A stretch of DNA of 64,000 nucleotides, taken from NCBI GenBank assembly GCA_045562555.1, contig JBJKVO010000001.1, positions 66,064-130,063 of the forward strand, written 5' to 3'. Position numbers and translations under genes: made by a program. The notes beneath the pieces were generated by a model. It did not search any database, was not told the origin of the DNA, and saw nothing but the letters and a program-made list of their open reading frames with translations. Origin of the DNA: Dehalococcoidia bacterium. GTDB taxonomy: Bacteria > Chloroflexota > Dehalococcoidia > Lucifugimonadales > UBA3495. Below are positions 9,803-18,933 of this stretch, in pieces (positions within the stretch are counted from its first letter, which is position 1; every line of letters starts with the position of its first letter).

Positions 9803-10975
9803 ATGGATTATTCGAAAAAATTATCTAGTAACGGACCTATTGATGTACTCACTCATCCCGCTTTAAAAGCGGATGTAAAATATATATTCTCTGTTACAAA
9901 TACTGTCCCAGATTGTATAGATCCTGTTGAATATAGCAAAGCGGCAACTAAAGCTATCCATAACAATAGTGTGAGCTTTGGCCCGTACCCTCCAGCACTA
10001 GGACATGAACCTTTACGAGAATTGCTTCAGCATTCCGTTGCCAATAAAAGAGCTATTCAGTGCGGCTTGGACAATATTTTAATTACAGATGGAGCAGGCG
10101 GAGCATTGAAAATGTTGGTGAATGCTTTCATCGGTCCAGGGGATATTGTGATAGCCGAACAATATACTTATTTGGGCACGTTGAGGATGTTGCTTGAAAA
10201 AGGTGCTGAGATAGTTCATGTAGATACTGATGATGAAGGCATGATTCCTGAGTCGTTAGATAATGTGCTCGGCAAATTATCTGAACAAAATAAAACTCCT
10301 AAATTTATTTTGACTATACCTGTGTACCAAAACCCTACAGGTATCACCTTGTCACAAGACAGAAGGCAAAAAATACTTGATATATCAGTGAAGTATGGGA
10401 TCCCAATTATTGAAAATGAATCTTACGCTGATTTTAGAATAGATGGTCCTAAATTACCTAATTCAATTAAATCGTTAGACGAAAACGATATGGTGATATA
10501 CGTATCTTCTTTTACGAAATTATTGGGCTGTTCACTGAGAGTAGGATTTATGATAGCGCCCCAACAAGTATTGGATTTGCTGGAGACAAGGAGACCCAGT
10601 CACCTGGCAGTTGTAACTGTATATGAATATTTGAATGAACATTACGATGCTCATGTGACTCGTGTTGCTGGAATGTTAAAAGACAGGAGAGATAGCATGG
10701 TAGCTGCTTTGAATAAGCACCTTCCTGAGGCTGACTTCACAGTTCCCAGCGGTGGAATGATGATGTGGATTAAAATGCCCGACAAAATCAATTCATGGGA
10801 ACTACTGGATGAAGCTGTAGAAAACGACTTCAAATACAATCCAGGCGGAGTGTTTCGTGCGAAACGGGATGAAAATCAGTTTTTCAGATTGACTTATAGC
10901 CATAATACTCCCGATGAGATAACAGAAGGAATCGAAGTATTGTCTCAGATGTTTAAAAAACATTTAGATTCTTAA
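9803..10975 (+). CDS. PLP-dependent aminotransferase, class I/II (2-aminoadipate/aromatic aminotransferase-like)
   Basis: The length is 390 aa. It has YQNPTG, and a PLP-lysine context of SSFTKLLGCSLRVGF. Confidence 0.65.
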   Translation: MDYSKKLSSNGPIDVLTHPALKADVKYIFSVTNTVPDCIDPVEYSKAATKAIHNNSVSFGPYPPALGHEPLRELLQHSVANKRAIQCGLDNILITDGAGGALKMLVNAFIGPGDIVIAEQYTYLGTLRMLLEKGAEIVHVDTDDEGMIPESLDNVLGKLSEQNKTPKFILTIPVYQNPTGITLSQDRRQKILDISVKYGIPIIENESYADFRIDGPKLPNSIKSLDENDMVIYVSSFTKLLGCSLRVGFMIAPQQVLDLLETRRPSHLAVVTVYEYLNEHYDAHVTRVAGMLKDRRDSMVAALNKHLPEADFTVPSGGMMMWIKMPDKINSWELLDEAVENDFKYNPGGVFRAKRDENQFFRLTYSHNTPDEITEGIEVLSQMFKKHLDS

Positions 10976-11068
10976 TAACGTCTCTTTTTTAACGAATTAT
11001 GTAAATATTTGTTTAAAAAGGTACTTTTTTTGATTTTATGATGTTCGATTGTTTGATATATTTGTTTT

Positions 11069-11174
11069 GGTGTCCGAGTGTTCTGTTCTAATCAGCCATT
11101 ATCTAATCACTCTTACCATCGCCGGAAACGGCATCTCTTTTGCACCATTCTTGGACCTCCTTAACTCGGACACC
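11069..11174. repeat. 11-bp perfect inverted repeat pair bracketing 84 nt of locally GC-enriched sequence; candidate structured RNA or MITE-like element
   Basis: ggtgtccgagt (11069-11079) is the exact reverse complement of actcggacacc (11164-11174). An internal GNRA hairpin gccg-gaaa-cggc sits at 11121-11132. The element lies in the largest intergenic gap (10976-11223). Confidence 0.4.
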
Positions 11175-11223
11175 ACTGAGTTAACTTTGATACCATGGGG
11201 TTCAACATTGACTGGATGATAGT

Positions 11224-12255
11224 GTGAAATATTTAATTTTATCAGTAATCACTTTGGTGATACTCGTTTTTTTTGTAGCTACTGCAGAGTTCGGCAGGAT
11301 GCTGGATTCATTTACATCATTGAGATTGAATTTTTTGATGCCAGCCTTGGCGTTGTATCTCTTGTCTTTAATATTTCGTACATATAGATGGAAATTATTA
11401 TTGGGTAACAGAGATGATGTCTCATCTTATAATTTGTTCCAGGCAGTGTGTATTGGTTATATGGTTAACAACATATTACCGATGCGGATTGGTGAATTCG
11501 TACGAGCATATTTTTTAGGTAGCAAACACAACATCAACAAAGCTACTGTATTGGTTACAATTTTTGTAGAAAGGATACTTGACGCGATAGTCCTTATAGG
11601 GTTTTTATTAATTGTGATTGGATTGAATGCACAAACCTTGTTAAAAGGGTTCGCACAGCAATATTTAACTTGGGGATTACTGGTGTTAATAGGCTTTTTT
11701 GTAACAATGTTTGTTCTGATGGTATATTCGGCACATGATCCGGTCTTAATCAGGAAATCAACTAAAATAATAACCCTAATAGCCCCTAACAGATTCAAAA
11801 GTCGTTTAATTAACTTTAATGATTTTGTTGAGTCAGGGTTATCCTCTGTTAGGAGTTCTCGGAGTTTATTGGTATTGATACTTGCATCCATACCTGTATG
11901 GATTTCTGAAATCACAGTTTTTTGTATCATTGGATATGCTATGGGATTTTTGCAGTTTTACAATAACGACTATTTAAATTTATTTTCAAGCATGACCCTA
12001 GTAACAGCTCTCGCTAATTTAGTGAGTTCTATCCCTTCATCACCTGGCGGCGTTGGTATATTTGAATTAACTGTTCGTGAGGTATTACTGTTTGATACAA
12101 GCAATTTAGTAGATCGTTCTACTGGCGCAGCTTTTGCTGTAATAGTTCATGGAATTTTAATCATACCTGTTACTGTGGGAGGACAATTATTGTTATGGTC
12201 AAATAATTTGTCATTGCGTCAATTAATTGCGTCTAAGAAACAATCGGATTTGTAA
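11224..12255 (+). CDS. flippase-like membrane protein (LPG_synthase_TM / UPF0104 family)
   Basis: The length is 343 aa with a GTG start. It is multi-TM and carries the family motif FRTYRWKLLL after TM2. Confidence 0.6.
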   Translation: MKYLILSVITLVILVFFVATAEFGRMLDSFTSLRLNFLMPALALYLLSLIFRTYRWKLLLGNRDDVSSYNLFQAVCIGYMVNNILPMRIGEFVRAYFLGSKHNINKATVLVTIFVERILDAIVLIGFLLIVIGLNAQTLLKGFAQQYLTWGLLVLIGFFVTMFVLMVYSAHDPVLIRKSTKIITLIAPNRFKSRLINFNDFVESGLSSVRSSRSLLVLILASIPVWISEITVFCIIGYAMGFLQFYNNDYLNLFSSMTLVTALANLVSSIPSSPGGVGIFELTVREVLLFDTSNLVDRSTGAAFAVIVHGILIIPVTVGGQLLLWSNNLSLRQLIASKKQSDL

Positions 12256-12401
12256 GTGCACATAAAAAAAGCTAGTGGTAATAAAATTCGAATAAGCTTG
12301 TGAATACGTTCTATCTAAATATAAACGCATATGGTGATAATACTGTGTTGTGTATTTAAGCCAATGCTATTTGTAATAGTGTGACTAGTTGATAGACTTC
12401 T

Positions 12402-13571
12402 TTAGTCAGGTGAATCAGTTCGTCCTCCAGTCCCATCAGTGTTAAATCGATTTGGTCTGAAAGCGTCCAATTGAGGAGTGCTTACCCCATGAGTGATTTC
12501 GATTGAAGCAAGTTCTCCTATTAATGGCGCAAGAGTCACACCGCTATGAGTGACGGCCATATATGCATTTGGAGTTTCTTTAACGAATCCAATTGCAGGG
12601 AATCCATCTAACGGCATAGGTCGATATCCTATAGGTTCTACCCTGGGTGAAGCTTCACCCAGTTGCGGAAGGTACCGGGTAGCAAATTCCACAAGTCTTT
12701 TAGCATTCTCGATGGAATCATCTGTGTTCTTACTACTTTGCTCTCCTTCTCCTATTACGAAAGTACCGTCAATTAGCTGTTTCATATGAACTTCTCTGCC
12801 ATATTCTTCCAGTGATGGAGCATAGACGATGCCATTTAACAACGGTGGCATTGGACTAGTCTTAACTACTACACCAGGGCTGGTTGATTGAGGTAGAAAA
12901 GTATGTGCTTTGTATCCTATATCTGTGGTGTCTATTCCTGCTGCAACGACAACCAAATCGCAAGGCAGTGTTCTGTTAGTTGTTTTAACTCCAGTAATTA
13001 GGTGATCAGTGGAGTCGAATTCAAAGTTTTCAAATGCTTCTCCTAGGGATACTTCTCCTCCTGATTCTATTATTTTGTCTATAGCAGCTTGTATAACTCG
13101 AGGAGGTTCAACCTGCCCTTCTATTTCGCATATAGATGCTGCTACTACGTTTTCGATTGTTAGATTTGGTTCATGGTTTTGTAATTCATTTTGAGTAGCA
13201 AGCCTGATGGGGTACCCATAAGATTGTGCGCGTTTGACTTTATTTATAAGGGCTTCCCCTCGTTGTTCGGAAGTCTCCCAGGTTATGGTTCCTCCCACCT
13301 TGAATCCCACATCCCTGCCAAGTGATTGTGCATAACGTGGCCACATTTCCATAGATCTTCGATTTAAATCATGATAGTCAAAAGGGGTCTTGCCTGCAGC
13401 ATTAATCCAAGCGAAAGATAGTCTTGATGCTCCATTAGTTTGAGTGTCTTTATCGATTACAGTTATATTTGCCCCATACTGGATAAGATTCACAGCGATA
13501 GACGTGCCTACGATCCCCGCTCCAATTACAACTATATTTTTTGGTTGTGTCATATCCATAACTCTCCACAT
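12402..13571 (-). CDS. FAD-dependent oxidoreductase, DAO family (D-amino-acid/sarcosine/opine oxidase-like), paralogue 1
   Basis: It has the dinucleotide motif VVIGAGIVGTSIA, plus PIGYRPMPLDGFPAIG and VTHSGVTLAPLIGE. The true start is possibly at 13559 or 13553 (MDMTQ / MTQ), because a GGAGAG box lies just upstream. Confidence 0.7.
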   Translation of the reverse strand: MWRVMDMTQPKNIVVIGAGIVGTSIAVNLIQYGANITVIDKDTQTNGASRLSFAWINAAGKTPFDYHDLNRRSMEMWPRYAQSLGRDVGFKVGGTITWETSEQRGEALINKVKRAQSYGYPIRLATQNELQNHEPNLTIENVVAASICEIEGQVEPPRVIQAAIDKIIESGGEVSLGEAFENFEFDSTDHLITGVKTTNRTLPCDLVVVAAGIDTTDIGYKAHTFLPQSTSPGVVVKTSPMPPLLNGIVYAPSLEEYGREVHMKQLIDGTFVIGEGEQSSKNTDDSIENAKRLVEFATRYLPQLGEASPRVEPIGYRPMPLDGFPAIGFVKETPNAYMAVTHSGVTLAPLIGELASIEITHGVSTPQLDAFRPNRFNTDGTGGRTDSPD

Positions 13572-13574
13572 GAT

Positions 13575-14723
13575 TTATTTTTTGAATCTTGAAGGTCTGT
13601 ACTCTTCTAATTCAGGTATTTGTACTTTGTAGTTAATTTCAGTTGCTACATACTCTCCAACTAATGCTGCTAATGTGACTCCACTGTGCATCACTGAAAT
13701 ATAAACATTACTCCAATTTTCGTCGTAACCTAATACTGGAAACTTATCTTCTGGCATGGGTCGATATCCCACAGGTTCAGCGATGGCGGTGGATGTATTA
13801 AGGTGAGGAAAATATTCAGTCAAATGTTTCAATAGGTCTTCAGCTTTCTCTTGGGAGTCATCATTTTGTTCATGATGATTGCCAATACCTCCTCGCTCAT
13901 TGACCATTTGATAAGATCCGTCCACTCGTTGCCGAATGTGCACTTCAGATTGTTCGTCGTTTCCCGTGTAGGTCCCGTCGCTTATAGCTGGGCTCATTAT
14001 GATTCCGTTTATAGTTTTTGGTTGTGGGTCGGTCCAAGCTACTACACCTGGACTTTCTAATAAAGGTATGTAAATATCTAATAAGCCAGCAAGTTCTTGA
14101 GTTCCTGTGCCTGCGGCTATTATCACGGTATTACAGGCTATAGTTCCTGATGAGGTAATTACTCCAGTAATATTGTGAGTGTCAGAATCTTTCTCAAATC
14201 CTGTAACTGCGCAGTCGTTGATGATTTCACCATCATTTTCTCTAATATTAAATTGACAGGCATCTATAACTCGTTTGGGTTCTACATGCCCTTCGTTGGG
14301 GATATATTGTCCGAATGTCATATTTTTAATATGGATGGAAGGATTTTTTGCCTTAATGAACTCTTCATCCACGATTTGAACCGGATAATCCCAAGACTGC
14401 AACGTTTCTACACGTTGTCTAGCTAAATCTGCTCCTTCTTCACTGTTTTCCCATTTAGTAGTTCCATTAAGATCTAATCCAACTTCTGTTCCAAGTTGCT
14501 TCGCAAATTTTGGCCATTTATTTACGGATGACCTGCATAAACTGTGATAGCCTATAGGGCTTTTTGATGAAGCATTCACCCAGGCGAATGAATGTGCTGA
14601 ACAAGACTCCTGAAAAGGACCTTTATCTATTATGATAACCTTGTTACCTAAGCTTGATAATTGGAAACCTATTGAGCTGCCGATTATTCCACCCCCTATT
14701 ATCGCCACAGTTTTATTTTCCAT
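13575..14723 (-). CDS. FAD-dependent oxidoreductase, DAO family, paralogue 2
   Basis: It has VAIIGGGIIGSSIG, PVGYRPMPEDKFPVLG and VMHSGVTLAALVGE. It is collinear with the downstream paralogue. Confidence 0.7.
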   Translation of the reverse strand: MENKTVAIIGGGIIGSSIGFQLSSLGNKVIIIDKGPFQESCSAHSFAWVNASSKSPIGYHSLCRSSVNKWPKFAKQLGTEVGLDLNGTTKWENSEEGADLARQRVETLQSWDYPVQIVDEEFIKAKNPSIHIKNMTFGQYIPNEGHVEPKRVIDACQFNIRENDGEIINDCAVTGFEKDSDTHNITGVITSSGTIACNTVIIAAGTGTQELAGLLDIYIPLLESPGVVAWTDPQPKTINGIIMSPAISDGTYTGNDEQSEVHIRQRVDGSYQMVNERGGIGNHHEQNDDSQEKAEDLLKHLTEYFPHLNTSTAIAEPVGYRPMPEDKFPVLGYDENWSNVYISVMHSGVTLAALVGEYVATEINYKVQIPELEEYRPSRFKK

Positions 14724-14763
14724 ATGTTCAAACTCCTAAGTTTATAAATTAAATGAGATGCTT

Positions 14764-15837
14764 TTATTGTATACGTTTTTTGGGCATATTAACCCATGAG
14801 CTCATTTCGTGTGGTTCTGTGGTGGGCATGGCTTCACATACGTATTTGTTATCTATAGATGGTATGTCTGTAACTCCTAGTAACTTCATTGTGATTTCAA
14901 TTTCTTGTTTTAAAATACTTAATACCCTGATTAGGCCGTCAGAACCGTTAGCTGCAATTCCCCATCCTTGCATCTTTCCTATTGCTACTGCATCTGCGCC
15001 AAGTGCTATAGCTTTTATCACATCACTTCCTCGTTGAATGCCGCCATCCAATACAATTGGGATTTCTCCTTCTACATTGTCACTAATTGCAGGTAACATA
15101 TCTAAGGTTCCTAAGCCGTGATCTAGTTGTCTTCCACCATGATTGGATATCCAGATGACGTCAACTCCATGTTCAACAGCTAGTTTGGCATCTTCAGGTG
15201 TAGCTATGCCTTTGACAATTAATGGAAGTTTACAATAGTTTTTTATCATGTCTAATGTTTCCCAAGTGACTGAGGCTTGCCAGTGAGGTTCCGGGGGGCT
15301 TCTTCTCGACATGGGTACCCACCGGCTAAGCATAGGCCTTTCTCTAAGACTATAACTCGCAGAGTCCACAGTTATACAGAGTGCTTTATATCCTGCTTCT
15401 GTGATACGGTCTATCATATTTTTGATCCATTCCCAGTCGCCGTGTATGTATAGCTGATAGAACTTTGTATTATTAGCACTAGATGCGGTCTCTTCGAGGG
15501 AAGGTTCTGTTACAGAACTCACTACATGTATTGTTGACAGTTCTTCAGCGGCTTTTGATACTGCGACTGCTGCATCCGAATGAAATACCTGTAGAGATCC
15601 AATAGGCGCCATAATAATAGGTAGATCAATCTTATAACCTAGAATAGAACTGGTAAGATCAACTGTTGATACATCAACTAAAACCCTAGGCTGGAATGCT
15701 ATTCGATCAAAAGCTAGACGATTTCGTCGCATAGTAGTTTCTGATTCCGTCGCTCCAACAAGGTAGTTCCATGGACCGTCTGCCAGATTTTGCCTGGCTC
15801 TTTGAATGATTTCTTCGTTTGTAACAAATTGCTCCAT
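14764..15837 (-). CDS. FMN-dependent alpha-hydroxy-acid oxidase/dehydrogenase (glycolate oxidase / LldD / MdlB family)
   Basis: The length is 357 aa. Motifs are APIG, ITVDS, SNHGGRQLD, and DGGIQRGSDVIKAIALGADAV. Confidence 0.8.
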   Translation of the reverse strand: MEQFVTNEEIIQRARQNLADGPWNYLVGATESETTMRRNRLAFDRIAFQPRVLVDVSTVDLTSSILGYKIDLPIIMAPIGSLQVFHSDAAVAVSKAAEELSTIHVVSSVTEPSLEETASSANNTKFYQLYIHGDWEWIKNMIDRITEAGYKALCITVDSASYSLRERPMLSRWVPMSRRSPPEPHWQASVTWETLDMIKNYCKLPLIVKGIATPEDAKLAVEHGVDVIWISNHGGRQLDHGLGTLDMLPAISDNVEGEIPIVLDGGIQRGSDVIKAIALGADAVAIGKMQGWGIAANGSDGLIRVLSILKQEIEITMKLLGVTDIPSIDNKYVCEAMPTTEPHEMSSWVNMPKKRIQ

Positions 15838-15957
15838 TAAGTGCTCACTTTATTTCAATGTAATAGTTTCATTTTTAACTATGAATTTAGTTATGCTTAA
15901 TTTTACATAAATGGTAATATTTAGCTAGTTGTATAAATGACTTTCATGGAGGGAATT

Positions 15958-16974
15958 ATGCCGTATGGAGATTTAGAGTGGTTGGCTCTTACACAGGAAG
16001 AAACAATCGAACCTGATTTGCCGATTTGTGACCCACATCATCATTTTTGGGATTACAGATCAATCAGAATTCCATATCAAAGATATCTTCTGCATGAATT
16101 AATCGCAGATATAAGTAGTGGACATAACGTCAAATCTACAGTTTTTATAGAGACCACAGCTATGTATAAATTGGATGGCCCTGTGGAATTACGTTCTGTT
16201 GGAGAAGTAGAATTCGTTCAGGGATTAGCTGCTGCTAGCGCGAGTGGCATCTACGGAGACTATAGAGCTGCAGCTGCAATAGTTGGTAAAGCTGACTTGA
16301 ACTTGGGTGAGAAAGTTGAAACCGTTTTGGATGCCTTGAAAGCAGCAAGTCCAAATAGATTTAGAGGTATCAGATATGCATGTGGATGGGACGCCCATCC
16401 AGAGGTAGAAAATCGTGCTAAGAAAGAGCAATTACTTGACCCGATATTCAGAGAAGGAGCTAAAGTATTAGCTAAGAAGGGTCTCACATTGGATAATACC
16501 GTTTATTTCCCTCAACTCCCTGAATTGGCTGATTTTGCTAAAGCCATTCCTGATTTGACCATTGTATCTAACCACATAGGAGGACTTTTACGAGTTGGAC
16601 CTTATGGTGATAGAGATGATGAGGTTATATCTCAATGGAAAAAGAATATAGATATTTTGGCGGAATGTCCAAATGTGTTTATGAAATTAGGTGGGTTAGG
16701 ACAACCAAGGTATGGTTTTGACTGGTACACAAGAGAAAAACCTATTGATTCTATGAGTCTAGCTGAGGATTTAGCACCTCTGCTTGAATATTGTATTGAA
16801 AAGTTTGGTCCAGATAGGTGCATGTTTGAATGCAATTTCCCTCCAGATAAAGTTTCTTATTCGTTTAATGTCCTGTATAACGCGTTCAAGTTATTATCTA
16901 AAGACTATTCTGCATCAGAGAGAGCAGCACTCTTTCACGACACAGCCGTGAAAGTTTATAACATAAATGAATGA
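15958..16974 (+). CDS. amidohydrolase_2 family TIM-barrel hydrolase (COG3618, LigI / fuconolactonase-like)
   Basis: It has the N-terminal metal motif CDPHHHFWDY. I chose the start at 15958 because GGAGGG lies 5 nt upstream; the ORF-track start 15937 is also possible. Its stop overlaps the next gene's start. Confidence 0.65.
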   Translation: MPYGDLEWLALTQEETIEPDLPICDPHHHFWDYRSIRIPYQRYLLHELIADISSGHNVKSTVFIETTAMYKLDGPVELRSVGEVEFVQGLAAASASGIYGDYRAAAAIVGKADLNLGEKVETVLDALKAASPNRFRGIRYACGWDAHPEVENRAKKEQLLDPIFREGAKVLAKKGLTLDNTVYFPQLPELADFAKAIPDLTIVSNHIGGLLRVGPYGDRDDEVISQWKKNIDILAECPNVFMKLGGLGQPRYGFDWYTREKPIDSMSLAEDLAPLLEYCIEKFGPDRCMFECNFPPDKVSYSFNVLYNAFKLLSKDYSASERAALFHDTAVKVYNINE

Positions 16975-17701
16975 TTATGGTTTAGATATGCTTATAAATG
17001 AGAACAGAGAAAAGTTAAAAAGCGTTAGTACTGCTACTATTTCGACAGTGTTGTTTAAACGAGGTTTACGGAATGCATTTATGATGGGGCCCAAACCTAT
17101 GAATGATACTGACTTTTCTATGGTAGGAGAGGCCTATACTTTGCGGTACATCCCTGCTCGCGAAGACATAGACGTCTTGAGTGTATTTGAAGATACGAAA
17201 CATCCGCAGAGGAAGGGAGTAGAAGAATGTCCTGTTGGTCATGTAATGGTTATTGATAGTAGAGGTGATACCAGTGCTGCATCAGCAGGAAATATATTGG
17301 TTACACGGTTAATGGTACGGGGGACAGCTGGAATAGTTACAGACGGTGGTTTCAGAGACTCTGCAGATATTGCTAAATTGCAATTTCATGCATATCAATC
17401 TAGCGCTTCTGCCCCTACTAATTTGACTAAACACCATGCTGTTGACTTGAATGTCCCTATCGGATGTGGCGGAGTTGCTGTCTATCCAGGGGATATAATA
17501 GTGGGAGACGGAGATGGAGTCATAGTTATACCCCAGGAAATCTGTAATGAAGTTGCAGCTGAAGCGTATGATATGACTATTTTTGAGAATTTTGTTGAGG
17601 ATCGTGTAAAGAAAAATCATACTATATTTGGGCTTTATCCCCCTACGGATCCTAATACGAAATTAGAATTTGAGAAATGGCTGAAATCAGGAGGAGTGTA
17701 A
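16967..17701 (+). CDS. RraA-like / HMG-CHA aldolase family protein (class II aldolase or oxaloacetate decarboxylase)
   Basis: The length is 244 aa. It has the motif GNILVTRLMVRGTAGIVTDGGFRDSADI. Its start overlaps the upstream stop (ATGAATGA, 16967-16974). Confidence 0.7.
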   Translation: MNDYGLDMLINENREKLKSVSTATISTVLFKRGLRNAFMMGPKPMNDTDFSMVGEAYTLRYIPAREDIDVLSVFEDTKHPQRKGVEECPVGHVMVIDSRGDTSAASAGNILVTRLMVRGTAGIVTDGGFRDSADIAKLQFHAYQSSASAPTNLTKHHAVDLNVPIGCGGVAVYPGDIIVGDGDGVIVIPQEICNEVAAEAYDMTIFENFVEDRVKKNHTIFGLYPPTDPNTKLEFEKWLKSGGV

Positions 17702-18883
17702 TTGAGTGGTAACAAAGATGATATTAAATCTAAAGTAGATTTGTCTAATTGGAGATTTCCTCCATATAACAGGTGGGCGTTTCAGAATGTTTCTGAATTA
17801 GTAGAATCAGTTGATATCGACAATGATCCTTCTGATATATGGAATCTACCTGAAAACCTACAATCCATTGAACATATTTTAGTTCAAGGAAATGACGGTT
17901 CAGATATTTCTTTTGATCAATTCCTAGATCAGAGTTTTACTGATGGTTTCATTGTAATTAAAGATCAAGAAATTGTTTATGAAAGATATTTCAATGGGAT
18001 GAATAAAGATTCAAAGCATATATTGATGTCTGTTTCAAAATCAGTATTGGGCGCAGTAACAGGTATATTAATTGATAGAAAAGACATAGATGCTAGTAGT
18101 CTGATAGGAGAGTGTTTGCCCGAACTGAAGGATTCAGGATATTCAGATTGTACGGTTCAGAATCTTTTGGACATGACTGCGGCGGTCGATTTTGAAGAAG
18201 ATTACTATGCAACCTCTGGACCAATGATAGCTTATAGAAGATCAACGAATTGGGATCCCCCACAGAGTGATACGGGTGCTGAGCAGGACTTAAAGTTATT
18301 TTTGGCAGACATGGGTAAAAGATCTGACCCCCATGGGCAGATCTTTAAATATACTTCTCCAAATAGTGATTTATTGGGATGGGTGATAGAGCGTTCTATT
18401 GGGAGAAAATTTCAAGATGTGATGTCAGAGGTGTTATGGAAACCTATGGGAGCAAATGATTCTGCCTTTGTAACGATTGACTCTTCTGGTTCACCTAGAA
18501 CCGCAGGCGGCATAAATATGTCATTGAGAGATTTGGCATTGCTAGGTAATGTGGTAGCTAATGGAGGATATAGAGATAAAAAACAAATAATTTCAAACAG
18601 ATGGTTAGGTCAATTATTTGACGGTGATAAGAGAGCTTGGGAGTCAGGAAACTTCGCTGAATATTTTAATGGCATGCCAATTACTTATAGGAACCAATGG
18701 TATACATTGCACCAAACAAATCCAATTGTGTTCTGTGTTGGTATTTACGGGCAATATATGTTTGTTGATGTTAATAACAAAATAGTTATAGCTAAATTTT
18801 CATCTCAAGAATATCCGTTGGATCCTGACCAGAAAAAAGTTATGTCTAATGCATGTCTTAGTATCATTAAAGAAATCACATAA
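17702..18883 (+). CDS. serine hydrolase, beta-lactamase/transpeptidase-like family
   Basis: The length is 393 aa. The TTG start directly abuts the upstream stop. The SxxK motif is present as MSVSKSVLG. Confidence 0.6.
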   Translation: MSGNKDDIKSKVDLSNWRFPPYNRWAFQNVSELVESVDIDNDPSDIWNLPENLQSIEHILVQGNDGSDISFDQFLDQSFTDGFIVIKDQEIVYERYFNGMNKDSKHILMSVSKSVLGAVTGILIDRKDIDASSLIGECLPELKDSGYSDCTVQNLLDMTAAVDFEEDYYATSGPMIAYRRSTNWDPPQSDTGAEQDLKLFLADMGKRSDPHGQIFKYTSPNSDLLGWVIERSIGRKFQDVMSEVLWKPMGANDSAFVTIDSSGSPRTAGGINMSLRDLALLGNVVANGGYRDKKQIISNRWLGQLFDGDKRAWESGNFAEYFNGMPITYRNQWYTLHQTNPIVFCVGIYGQYMFVDVNNKIVIAKFSSQEYPLDPDQKKVMSNACLSIIKEIT

Positions 18884-18933
18884 ATAATATTATATAAACC
18901 AGATAATTCTGGGAACCGAAAATAGGAGGAATC

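Noticed and set aside
11069-11174. SRP (4.5S) RNA or a fluoride/TPP/c-di-GMP riboswitch
   Set aside because: The two arms flanking the GAAA hairpin are both pyrimidine-rich and cannot form the long SRP helix. The conserved SRP AGCA/GGAA loop motifs are absent. The GGCGAUG...GCUGAU resemblance to the fluoride riboswitch appears only on the minus strand, lacks the required P1 and pseudoknot complements, and has no downstream gene in that orientation.
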